Part shown: one piece after another, positions 1-8,923 of the stretch
Position numbering within the stretch: the first letter of the stretch is position 1
Layout: each line of letters starts with the position of its first letter
The notes under the pieces: model-generated
The model's input: only the letters and a program-made list of their open reading frames with translations
Told to the model about the DNA's origin: nothing
The model's database searches: none
NCBI GenBank assembly: GCA_031362565.1
Contig: JANLSU010000120.1
Coordinates: forward strand, 64,001-128,000
Direction: 5' to 3'
Length of the DNA stretch: 64,000 nt
Source of the DNA: a bacterium
GTDB lineage: Bacteria; Krumholzibacteriota; Krumholzibacteriia; G020349025
Made by a program: the position numbers and the translations under genes

Positions 1-65
1 CCCGGCTTGACTTCCAGCGCCGCATGGCCTGAAATGCGCCGGCTCACCCCAACGCGGAGAAGGCC

Positions 66-3000
66 ATGATCAGCACGCGTATCGCTCTCGTCGCGGTCCT
101 CGTCGGCGCCGTTTCGGTCCAGGCGGAAGCGCCGCTCGGTTACTACCGGACCCCGGCCGTGCGCGGCGCGGTCTTGGTCTTTGCGGCCGAAGGCGATCTG
201 TGGCGTGTCGCGGCGGCCGGCGGGCTCGCGCAACGGCTGACGACGGCAGCGGGCGACGAAACGCTGCCGGCCGTGTCGCCGGACGGCAAATGGCTGGCGT
301 TCACCGCCAACTACGAAGGGCCGTCCGAGGTCTATCTCATGCCACTCGAGGGCGGCGCGCCGAAGCGGTTGACCTATGAAGGACAGGTCGCGAGCGTCGC
401 GGGCTGGACACCGGACGGCAAGATTCTCTACGCGACGACGCGTTACAACACGGCGCCGGACGAACAAGTGGTGTGCGTCGATCCCATCTCGGGAGCTTCG
501 ACGCTCTTGCCGTTGGCGCAGGCACACGACGGCTCGTACGACGCGGCGGGAGCACTCTTCTTCACGCGGCTTCCCGCCCAACCCAGTAAGACAAAGCGAT
601 ACAAGGGCGGCACCGCCCAAACGATCTGGCGTTGGGACGCCGGCGCGCCGGAAGCCGTCAATCTGACGGCCGATTTTCCGGGCACGTCACGTTCGCCGAT
701 GGCGTGGCAGGGACAGGTGTACTTCGTCAGCGATCGTGACGGGACCATGAACCTGTGGACGATGGGGCGCGATGGCAGCAAGCCGCGCCAACTCACCCAC
801 CATCAAGGTTGGGACGTCCTAGGCCCGTCGCTCGGCGACGGCCGGATCGTCTATCAGTTGGGCGCCGACATTCGCATCTACGACATCGCGAGCGGCAGCG
901 ATGCCGCGGTCGCAATTCGCCTCGCGACGGATCTCGACCAGGCGCGCGAAACTTGGGTCAAGACGCCGATGGATTTCCTGTCGGCGGCGCATTTGGCGCC
1001 GGACGGCAACCGCGTCGCACTCACCGCGTACGGCAAGGTGTTCGTGGCGCCGGCGTCGACAGGCCGTCTTGTCCAGGCCGGCCGCGCGCCCGGGATCCGC
1101 TATCGCGACGCGCGCTTCATGCCGGACGGCAAGACACTGGTCGCGCTGTCGACCGAGTCGGGCGAAACCGAGTTCGTGACTCTGCCGGCAAACGGCGTCG
1201 GTGCGTCGGAACGCTGGACCTCGGATGCGACGACGCTGCGCTGGCAAGGCGTGCCGTCACCGGACGGCAAGTGGCTGGCGCACCATGACAAGAGCCAGCA
1301 CCTGTGGCTGTTCGAGATTGCGTCGAAGCGCCACCGGCCGATCGATGCAAGTCCGACCGACGATTTCTCGAGCCTCGCGTGGTCGCCGGATTCGCGCTTC
1401 CTCGCCTACTCGCGCTCGGGTTCGAACACGTTTCGGCAGATCAAGTTGTACGACGTCGAAAAGGGCGCGGCGATTCCGCTGACGACCGACCGGTACGACA
1501 GCTACAGCGCGGCGTGGAGCCCCGATGGGCGCTTCTTGTATTTCCTGTCCGACCGGGTCTTCGAATCGCTGACGCCGGGCCCCTGGGGGGCGCGGCAACC
1601 GGAGCCCTATTTCGACCGTCCGACGAAGGTCTACGTGCTGCCGCTAGCGAAGAGTGATCGCTCGCCGTTTGCGCCGCCCGACGAGTTGCATCCGGCGAGT
1701 GATGCGGCCGCGGACAAGCCTGCGGCCAAGGACACCAAGAAGAAGGATGCGGCGAAGTCCGCGACGCGTACCACCGTGGACGCCGACGGCATTCAAGCCC
1801 GCTTCCAAGAAACCCCGGTGCCGCCCGGCAACTACGAACATCTCGAGGTCGACGACAAGCGCCTCTACGTGCTCGAGCAAGCGAGCGGCCCGGATCCAAA
1901 GACGGCGCTCAAGACGTTCAAGATCGATCCGAAGACGGACGAGGCCAAGGTCTTCCTGGACGATGTGAAGAGCTACGAGTTGGCGCTCGACCGCAAGAAG
2001 CTCTTGGTGTCGAAAGGCGACGCCCTGTACGTCGTCGAAACCGGCGACAAGGCGCCGGACGAGCTTGGCAAGTCGAAGGTGAATCTGGCGGGTTGGACCT
2101 TCCCGATCCGGCCACGTGACGAGTGGCAGCAAATGTTCACGGAGGCCTGGCGGCTCGAGCGCGACTACTTCTACGACCCGGGCATGCATGGCGTCGATTG
2201 GCCGGCGATGAAAACCAAGTACGCGCCGCTCGTCGAGCGCGTCGCGACGCGCCCTGAACTGAACGATCTCTTGGCGCAGATGGTCGCCGAACTCTCGGCA
2301 TTGCACACCTATGTGCGGGGTGGCGACGGCCGGACGACCCTGAACCCGATCCAGGAGTCGACGCTTGGCGCTCGCCTCAGCCGCGATACCGCCGCCGGTG
2401 GCGACCGGATCGAGCACATCTACAAGTCGGATCCGGATCAGCCGGATCAACTCTCGCCGCTTGCACGCCCGGGCGTCGATGTCGCCGAGGGCGACATCAT
2501 CGAAGCGATCAACGGCGTTGGAGTGCTGTCGGTGCCGGATGCGGGGGCGCTGCTGCGCAATCAAGCCGACAAGCAGGTCTTGCTGCGCGTGCGGGCCGGC
2601 AAGAAGGGTAGCGCGGCGAAGGATGTCGTCGTCCTGCCGATCGGACCCGAGCGCGATGCCGACCTGCGCTACGACGAATGGGAATACACCCGCCGGTTGA
2701 AAGTCGAGGAATGGGGTAAGGGCAAGATCGGCTATGTGCACTTGCGGGCCATGGGGCCAGCCAACGTCACCGAATGGTACCGCGAGTTCTATCCGGTCTT
2801 CGACCGCCAAGGACTCATCGTCGATGTGCGCTACAACCGCGGCGGCAACGTCGACAGTTGGATTCTGGAGAAACTGATGCGCCGGGTGTGGATGTACTGG
2901 CAGCCACGCGTCGGCGCACCGTACTCCAACATGCAGTACGGTTTCCGCGGCCATGCGATCACGCTCTGCAACTACCGCACGGCCTCCGATGGCGAAGCGT

Positions 3001-3326
3001 TCGCCGAAGGGTTTCGCCGCCTCGGCCTCGGCAAAGTGCTCGGCACGCGGACGTGGGGCGGCGAGATTTGGCTGTCGTCGAACAACTTCCTCGTCGACAA
3101 GGGCATCGCGACCGCCGCCGAAAACGGCGTCTACGGCCTCGACGGCAACTGGTTGATCGAGGGCCACGGTGTCGATCCGGATGTCGTCGTCGACAACCTG
3201 CCGCGCGCCACGTTCGACGGCGGCGACGCCCAGCTCAAGGCCGCCGTGGAAGAACTCCTGCGCCAGATCGACAAGGATCCGCGGCCGGTGCCCAAGGCGG
3301 CGCCGTATCCCGACAAGTCCAAGTAG
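66..3326 (+). CDS. Tricorn-like S41 peptidase (PD40 beta-propellers, PDZ, S41 domain), secreted
   Basis: 1086-aa ORF with signal peptide, repeated SPDG propeller motifs, DVRYNRGG, and ASDGE catalytic Ser followed by GTRTWGG; GGAG RBS. Confidence 0.93.
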   Translation: MISTRIALVAVLVGAVSVQAEAPLGYYRTPAVRGAVLVFAAEGDLWRVAAAGGLAQRLTTAAGDETLPAVSPDGKWLAFTANYEGPSEVYLMPLEGGAPKRLTYEGQVASVAGWTPDGKILYATTRYNTAPDEQVVCVDPISGASTLLPLAQAHDGSYDAAGALFFTRLPAQPSKTKRYKGGTAQTIWRWDAGAPEAVNLTADFPGTSRSPMAWQGQVYFVSDRDGTMNLWTMGRDGSKPRQLTHHQGWDVLGPSLGDGRIVYQLGADIRIYDIASGSDAAVAIRLATDLDQARETWVKTPMDFLSAAHLAPDGNRVALTAYGKVFVAPASTGRLVQAGRAPGIRYRDARFMPDGKTLVALSTESGETEFVTLPANGVGASERWTSDATTLRWQGVPSPDGKWLAHHDKSQHLWLFEIASKRHRPIDASPTDDFSSLAWSPDSRFLAYSRSGSNTFRQIKLYDVEKGAAIPLTTDRYDSYSAAWSPDGRFLYFLSDRVFESLTPGPWGARQPEPYFDRPTKVYVLPLAKSDRSPFAPPDELHPASDAAADKPAAKDTKKKDAAKSATRTTVDADGIQARFQETPVPPGNYEHLEVDDKRLYVLEQASGPDPKTALKTFKIDPKTDEAKVFLDDVKSYELALDRKKLLVSKGDALYVVETGDKAPDELGKSKVNLAGWTFPIRPRDEWQQMFTEAWRLERDYFYDPGMHGVDWPAMKTKYAPLVERVATRPELNDLLAQMVAELSALHTYVRGGDGRTTLNPIQESTLGARLSRDTAAGGDRIEHIYKSDPDQPDQLSPLARPGVDVAEGDIIEAINGVGVLSVPDAGALLRNQADKQVLLRVRAGKKGSAAKDVVVLPIGPERDADLRYDEWEYTRRLKVEEWGKGKIGYVHLRAMGPANVTEWYREFYPVFDRQGLIVDVRYNRGGNVDSWILEKLMRRVWMYWQPRVGAPYSNMQYGFRGHAITLCNYRTASDGEAFAEGFRRLGLGKVLGTRTWGGEIWLSSNNFLVDKGIATAAENGVYGLDGNWLIEGHGVDPDVVVDNLPRATFDGGDAQLKAAVEELLRQIDKDPRPVPKAAPYPDKSK

Positions 3327-3429
3327 CGCCGGGGGGCCGTCGAGACCCGCCTCGATGGGGGCCGTGTAATGGCGCGTCCAGGCCGCGTTCCGGCCCAAGG
3401 GCCGCAAGGCTGTTTCGCGTTGGGTTGGC

Positions 3430-3458
3430 TTGAAGCCCCGCGGCCCACCGCGTAAGAT
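3430..3458 (+). promoter_or_regulatory. Putative sigma70-type promoter for the trypsin-like gene
   Basis: TTGAAG-17 nt-TAAGAT in the intergenic region. Confidence 0.4.
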
Positions 3459-3590
3459 AATGGCGCTCTAGAAACAGCTCAGACATCCGAAGCGGCGGCC
3501 CGTCGGGGCAAGACGCGAACGGTGCCGAATGCTTTCGGAAGAGTTCGGGCTGTGGTCCGCCCATGACACTCGAACACAGAGGTACGACGC

Positions 3591-4814
3591 ATGAACATCA
3601 GGATGAGGAGAAGGGCGACTTTCTTTGCGGCAGTCCTCGTACTGGCCGCATGCACGGTCACCGGAGCGGCCCGCGCCGAAGGCAAGAACCGGCTCTTCAG
3701 CGTCCAGAACGCCAACCCCGCCGTGCAAACCGGACCGGTGTCGAACCTCACGAACCAGGTTCGCGAAGTGTTCCAGCAGCCGCTGCGCTACGACGATGCA
3801 AGCTGTTTGCGTCTGACGTTCACGAACGTGCAGTTGGGCGACGGCGACTTCATCCAGATTCGGTCGCCCGAGACCGGGATGGAGCAGGTTTTTGCGAACA
3901 CCGATCCGCAGTACGGCAACCCGCAATTCGAGGGCAAGATCTTCTCCGCCATCTTCGCGGGCGGCAGCCTCGACGTGTCGCTGCACTTGGCGCCCGGCAG
4001 CCAGAATGCCGGCTTCCGGCTCGACAACGTTTGGGTGGCGAAGGCACAACCGAGCCGCACCGAAACCATCTGTGGGCCGAACGACGACCGCACGCTGGTC
4101 GCCAATGACGCCTGCGCGGTGCGCATTCGTGACAACGTCGGCGGCTGGGGCTCCGGTTTCATGATCGGCCCGAACTGCATGTTGACGGCCAACCACGTCA
4201 TGACCGACGGGCCGTGGACGATCGAGCGCAACGTGCCGGCATCCAACGGTACGAACGGCAACCTGACACCGTCGGCGGCAGCGGACCAATTCCCGCTCGC
4301 CAACCTGGCGGGCTCGACACTTTCCCCCGGCCAGGCCAATGGCAACGACTGGGCAGTGGTGGTCGTACCGAACAACGCCGCCGGCGCTCCGGGTGCGGGC
4401 TGCACTCCGACCTTCAACTGCGCCTTCACCAACAACTGCACCGGCACGACGAGCCTGCGCGTCACGGGCTTCGGCACCGACACGCGCAACGCCCGCAACG
4501 GTGTTTTGCAGACCGACTCCGGTCCGTGCTTCCCGGCGGCCGTCGGTGCGATTGCGTCCGACTTCCGGTATGCCGCCGACACGACGCCGAACGGCAGCGG
4601 CAGCCGCGTCACCGATCAAAATGGCCGCATCGTTGGCATTCACCAACGCGGTGGCTGCGTGGGCGACAACCCGGAGACGGGCGCCAACGGTGGCACGGCG
4701 CTCAGCGCGCCGGGCCTGCTGGCCGCGATCACCGCCCGCTGCGGTGGGAACATTTGCGGGCCGGTCGCGGTGCGTCTCGACAGCTGGGGAGACGTAAAGA
4801 GTCTTTACAAGTAA
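3591..4814 (+). CDS. Secreted trypsin-like (PA clan) serine peptidase with N-terminal CUB-like domain and C-terminal SWGxVKxxY tail
   Basis: Signal peptide; TANHV (His), NDWAVV (Asp), DTTPNGSGS (Ser region), IVGIH; many Cys. Confidence 0.8.
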   Translation: MNIRMRRRATFFAAVLVLAACTVTGAARAEGKNRLFSVQNANPAVQTGPVSNLTNQVREVFQQPLRYDDASCLRLTFTNVQLGDGDFIQIRSPETGMEQVFANTDPQYGNPQFEGKIFSAIFAGGSLDVSLHLAPGSQNAGFRLDNVWVAKAQPSRTETICGPNDDRTLVANDACAVRIRDNVGGWGSGFMIGPNCMLTANHVMTDGPWTIERNVPASNGTNGNLTPSAAADQFPLANLAGSTLSPGQANGNDWAVVVVPNNAAGAPGAGCTPTFNCAFTNNCTGTTSLRVTGFGTDTRNARNGVLQTDSGPCFPAAVGAIASDFRYAADTTPNGSGSRVTDQNGRIVGIHQRGGCVGDNPETGANGGTALSAPGLLAAITARCGGNICGPVAVRLDSWGDVKSLYK

Positions 4815-4843
4815 GGGCCGTCCGGCTCTGGTAGACGAGAACG

Positions 4844-4875
4844 GGGGCGAGCCGCACCGGCGGCTCGCCCCTTTT
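4844..4875 (+). terminator. Intrinsic terminator
   Basis: GGGGCGAGCCG-6 nt-CGGCTCGCCCC followed by TTTT. Confidence 0.8.
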
Positions 4876-4967
4876 CGTTGCAACAGGCTTGCGCACTTCA
4901 GGGGTTTTCACCGATTCTTGGCGGCGATCCCCGCTCGACCCTTAGGTCCCCGCCGGAGAGGAATCCG

Positions 4968-7157
4968 ATGAAAACCCCATTCACGATGCTGTGTCTCGTG
5001 CTCGCTCTCTCGGCGCCCGTTGGAGCGGTTCAGACCGCGACGCCCGCACCGCTCAAAAAGGCGACGGCGAGTGCGCCGGCCCAGGCGAAAGCAGCCGCCA
5101 ACGCCAAGGCAGCCGATGACCCGTATCTCTGGCTCGAGGACGTGACCGGGAAGAAGGCGCTGGACTGGGTCGGAAAGCAGAATGCCGCGAGTACCGAAGA
5201 ACTCACCGGGACCGAATCGTTCAAGGCTCTCAACGATCAGTTCCTGTCGATCCTCAATTCGTCGGCGCGCATTCCGTACGTCACCAAGATCGGCGATCTC
5301 TACTACAACTTCTGGAAAGACAAGGATCACGCGCGCGGCCTGTGGCGCCGGACGACGCTCGAGGAATACCGCAAGGCCGAGCCGGCGTGGGAGACGGTTC
5401 TCGACCTCGATGCCCTTGGGAAAGCCGAAAGCGAAAACTGGGTCTGGCACGGCGCGGATGCACTGCCGCCCGACTACACGCGCTGCATGCTGCAACTGTC
5501 GCGCGGCGGCGCCGACGCCGAAGTGGAACGCGAGTTCGACCTGACGGCGAAGTCGTTCGTGAAGGATGGGTTCAGCCTTCCGGAGGCCAAGAGCAGCTTC
5601 GCTTGGCGCGGCCTCGACTCGCTCTACGTCGGGACGGATTTCGGCCCCGGGTCGATGACCACGTCCGGCTATCCGCGCATCGCCAAGGAATGGAAGCGCG
5701 GCACCCCGTTGGCGTCCGCGGTGACGGTCTACGAAGGCAAGGCGGACGACATCGCCGTCTCTGCGTATCGCGATCTCACGCCCGGATTCGAGCGCGATTT
5801 CGTCAACCGCGCCATCACCTTCTACACCAACGAAATGTTCCTGCGGCGCGGCGGCCAGCTCATCAAGATCGACAAGCCCGACGATGCGGAGGGCGACGTG
5901 CATCGCGAATGGCTGTTGCTCACGTTGCGCACCGACTGGGCGACGGGCGGCAAGACTTATCCCGCCGGTGCCTTGTTGGCGGCAAAGTTCGATGACTTCA
6001 TGGCCGGCAAGCGGGAATTCGACGTGCTGTTCACGCCGTCCGAGCGCATTTCGCTGGGGGGATACTCGACGACGCGTAACGCCATTCTGTTGAACGAACT
6101 CGACAACGTGAAGAGCCGGCTCTACACGCTGCGCTACGAAAATGGGTCGTGGTCGCGGACGCCGATGCCGGGCCTGCCGGAGTTCGGCACCATCAACGCC
6201 AACGCCGTCGATCGGCGCGCTTCCGACGACTACTTCCTCACGATCACCGATTTCTTGAGCCCGGCGAGCCTGCAACTGGGAACGGTCGGCGGCGCGGCGC
6301 CGGAGAAACTCAAACAGGGACCGGCGTTCTTCGATGCGAGCGGCCTGGCGGTCAGCCAGCACGAGGCCGCTTCCAAGGACGGCACCCGGATTCCGTACTT
6401 CCAGGTGGCACCGAAGACTCTCGCCTTGGACGGCAGCACGCCGACCTTGCTCACCGGCTACGGCGGTTTCGAGGTTTCCGAGAAGCCCTACTACAGCGGC
6501 GTGCAGGGATCGGGCTGGTTGGAAAAAGGCGGCGTGTTGGTGGTCGCCAACATTCGCGGCGGTGGCGAGTTCGGCCCGAAGTGGCACCAGGCCGGCGTCA
6601 AGGCGGAACGCTACCATTGCTACGAGGACTTTATCGCCGTCGCCGAAGACCTCGTCAAGCGCAAGGTCACGAGCCCGCCGCGGCTGGCGTGCATCGGCGG
6701 CTCCAACGGCGGCCTGCTCGTCGGCAACATGCTGACGATGCGCCCGGACCTCTTCGGCGCCATCGTTTGCCAAGTGCCGTTGCTCGACATGCGGCGCTAT
6801 CACACGCTGCTGGCCGGCGCTTCGTGGATGGGCGAGTACGGCAACCCGGACGACCCGAAGGAATGGGAGTTCATCAAGGGTTGGTCGCCGTATCAGAACA
6901 TGAAAAAAGACGTGAAGTACCCGCGCACGTTGTTCACGACTTCGACGCGTGACGACCGGGTGCATCCCGGGCACTCGCGCAAGATGGTCGCCAAGATGTT
7001 GGACCAGGGACACGACCTGCTCTACTACGAGAACGTCGAGGGCGGGCACGGCGGCGCGGCCGACAACAAGCAACAAGCTTTCATGTCGGCGCTCGCGTAC
7101 TCGTTTCTCTGGAAGCAACTGGCGCCGAAGCTAGAGCCGTCCGCCGCCGCCCGGTAG
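4968..7157 (+). CDS. Prolyl oligopeptidase (S9A), secreted
   Basis: DPYLWLE N-terminal motif, GGSNGG nucleophile, DDRVHP Asp, GGHG His; ATG at 4968 after GGAGAGG followed by a signal peptide. Confidence 0.93.
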   Translation: MKTPFTMLCLVLALSAPVGAVQTATPAPLKKATASAPAQAKAAANAKAADDPYLWLEDVTGKKALDWVGKQNAASTEELTGTESFKALNDQFLSILNSSARIPYVTKIGDLYYNFWKDKDHARGLWRRTTLEEYRKAEPAWETVLDLDALGKAESENWVWHGADALPPDYTRCMLQLSRGGADAEVEREFDLTAKSFVKDGFSLPEAKSSFAWRGLDSLYVGTDFGPGSMTTSGYPRIAKEWKRGTPLASAVTVYEGKADDIAVSAYRDLTPGFERDFVNRAITFYTNEMFLRRGGQLIKIDKPDDAEGDVHREWLLLTLRTDWATGGKTYPAGALLAAKFDDFMAGKREFDVLFTPSERISLGGYSTTRNAILLNELDNVKSRLYTLRYENGSWSRTPMPGLPEFGTINANAVDRRASDDYFLTITDFLSPASLQLGTVGGAAPEKLKQGPAFFDASGLAVSQHEAASKDGTRIPYFQVAPKTLALDGSTPTLLTGYGGFEVSEKPYYSGVQGSGWLEKGGVLVVANIRGGGEFGPKWHQAGVKAERYHCYEDFIAVAEDLVKRKVTSPPRLACIGGSNGGLLVGNMLTMRPDLFGAIVCQVPLLDMRRYHTLLAGASWMGEYGNPDDPKEWEFIKGWSPYQNMKKDVKYPRTLFTTSTRDDRVHPGHSRKMVAKMLDQGHDLLYYENVEGGHGGAADNKQQAFMSALAYSFLWKQLAPKLEPSAAAR

Positions 7158-7817
7158 GACGCGCGGCAGATCGGCGATCGAATCGATCAGGTGCGTGTGC
7201 GGCGCACGCTCGAGGCGGGCGCGATCGTGCGCGCCCGTGAGGACGCCGATATTCCAGCGCACCCCGGCGCGGTGCCCGGCCTCGAGGTCGAGCGCGGTGT
7301 CACCGACCGCGGCGACGCGATCGACGCGGGTGACGCCGGCCGCCGCCATGGCCTTGAAGATGAGATCCGGTGCGGGCCGTCCCTGCGCGACGTCGTCGCC
7401 GCAGACGACGGCGTCGGCGGTGCCGTTGTTCCAGCCTAGAGCCGCGAGCAAGAGCGCGGTAATTTCCCGGTCAAAACCGGTATTGAACGCGACCCGAATC
7501 CCCTGTTCGCGCAGCCAGCCGAAGGTGCGTTCGGCACCGTCGATCGCTTCGACACCGTCGCGCTGGTAGCGCTCCGCCAAGTGGCTGCGGAAGGCCGCAT
7601 CGATCTCGGCGGCGCGTTGGACATGCTGCGGCCCCTCCGGCACCAGACCAAGGATCGCTTGGCGCTTGGAGGCGCCGCGCAGATTGTTGATCTGTGCGGC
7701 GGATAATTCGATCCCGTGGGCGCCAAGCGCGGCGGAAAACGCCGCGGGAACTTCACCTCGATCACGCACCGTCGTGCCGGCGAGATCGAAGATCACCAAG
7801 TCGATCTCGGGGTTCAT
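7131..7817 (-). CDS. HAD-family phosphonatase-like hydrolase
   Basis: FDLAGTT motif I, NTGF motif II, GRPAPD, VGDT..D motif IV; start overlaps the stop of the upstream gene. Confidence 0.82.
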   Translation of the reverse strand: MNPEIDLVIFDLAGTTVRDRGEVPAAFSAALGAHGIELSAAQINNLRGASKRQAILGLVPEGPQHVQRAAEIDAAFRSHLAERYQRDGVEAIDGAERTFGWLREQGIRVAFNTGFDREITALLLAALGWNNGTADAVVCGDDVAQGRPAPDLIFKAMAAAGVTRVDRVAAVGDTALDLEAGHRAGVRWNIGVLTGAHDRARLERAPHTHLIDSIADLPRVLPGGGGRL

Positions 7818-8416
7818 GTGCGGCACTCGGAACAGAGGCCGTTGGTGGTGAGATCTTCGTCCGGGGCTGGAACCTGGCACGTGCGGCACGGCGACCACGG
7901 ATCGATTTGACCAGTCGACATGCCATAGCGTTCACGCAATAGCGATGCCGCACGCGTGACGATGTTGCGGCATTCCAGCGCCGAGAGGCGCCGGAACGTT
8001 TGCGCCCAGGAGTGGCGTTCGGAGAACTCCGGGAAGTGCGGCGCCTCGCCCCAGCGGCAGGCCGGATTCTTCGTGGTGCGGCTCCGTCCGAGCAAGTGCA
8101 AATGCACGCGGCGATGCAAACGCGGCGTCTTCGGTCCGGGCGGTTCGGCGGCGTCATTGAGCGCCCAGTTCCCCGCTTCCCAGTAGTTGATACAGCCGCC
8201 CTCGAGCTGCGGGAGCGTATCGAGCATGGCGCGGCCTGACGCCGCGACGAGGAACGCCCAAAATGTCAGCTCGGCGGGCTCGAGTTCGCTCCGCTCCCAC
8301 ACGACGCGCGGTGGTTCGACGATCAAATTGCCGCCATCCTCGGCGCTCACGAGTGCCGCGCCGGGCGCCGGCAGAACGATGTCGCCGCCCGCGCAATGGA
8401 AGACTCTTCGATTCAC
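7814..8416 (-). CDS. Hypothetical HIT-like protein with C-terminal CxxC..CxxC
   Basis: GTG start after GGAGG; INYWEAGNW and HRRVHLHL motifs; terminal CRTC/CSEC. Confidence 0.55.
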   Translation of the reverse strand: MNRRVFHCAGGDIVLPAPGAALVSAEDGGNLIVEPPRVVWERSELEPAELTFWAFLVAASGRAMLDTLPQLEGGCINYWEAGNWALNDAAEPPGPKTPRLHRRVHLHLLGRSRTTKNPACRWGEAPHFPEFSERHSWAQTFRRLSALECRNIVTRAASLLRERYGMSTGQIDPWSPCRTCQVPAPDEDLTTNGLCSECRT

Positions 8417-8446
8417 GCTTCGCCTCCTCGGGCGGTACTCGGCCGG

Positions 8447-8695
8447 TTACTTCGCAGCCGCCTTATCCATCGCATCGCCGGTTTCGATCCGGCGCTTCAA
8501 GCGCGCGAACTGCTCGCCCAGGACCCTGTCGACTCCCGGGGCGATGGCGGTGAGTCCACCTGCATAGTAGCCGCCCACATTGTAGACGAGCGTCAGACTC
8601 GATCCGCTGCCTTGCGGCGTGATTTGGAATGGGTTCGATCGAACGGGCGCGACGGCGGCTCAAAGAAGGAGGGCGAGGGAGCGAGAGGAGGGCAC
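8447..8695 (-). pseudogene. Relic of an SRPBCC/START-like gene (C-terminal part only)
   Basis: Frame reads FQITPQGSGSSLTLVYNVGGYYAGGLTAIAPGVDRVLGEQFARLKRRIETG..AK*; in-frame TGA at 8660-8662; not in the ORF track. Confidence 0.55.
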
Positions 8696-8808
8696 CGTGG
8701 AGTCCTTTTCGGAGGGGGCGGATGGAATGCCGAACCCCACGGTGCCTGGTAGGACGATCCGAGCCCCAGCTCGGGCCTTCACTCGTCGGGATTCCCCGTC
8801 GGGAAGGC
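8660..8808 (-). ncRNA. Candidate structured sRNA or leader
   Basis: Lies just downstream of the 8815 promoter; hairpin at 8759-8774 and a 13-bp stem 8691-8703/8734-8746 with a C-rich loop, followed by a pyrimidine tract. Confidence 0.35.
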
Positions 8809-8814
8809 AAAGGC

Positions 8815-8859
8815 AATATAGGGCGGGGGGCGTGACTTTCCGATGAACCGTCGATGACA
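8815..8859 (-). promoter_or_regulatory. Triple TGTCAT-like direct-repeat promoter #1
   Basis: Plus-strand ATGACA 8854, ATGAAC 8843, GTGACT 8832 (11-bp period), then 11 nt, then -10 TATATT (8820-8815). Confidence 0.7.
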
Positions 8860-8923
8860 GTTTCGACATGCGAATTGTCGTGTGGCGGGGCGCGCGGTCT
8901 CATTCAGGCCAGCCTGGCGATCC

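Noticed and set aside
1644..7118. Long antisense ORFs (1644-3407, 3468-4883, 4908-7118; likewise 10741-12813, 17130-19355, 34033-35775, 43099-44787)
   Set aside because: They mirror real genes on the opposite strand, as expected from high-GC codon bias, and show no motifs
8660..8662. In-frame TGA as possible selenocysteine
   Set aside because: It lies in a hydrophobic or pyrimidine stretch with no redox motif, and the gene would still lack its core
8735..8760. CTACCAGGCACCG on the minus strand resembling a purine riboswitch junction
   Set aside because: The remaining P1/P2/L3 consensus is absent
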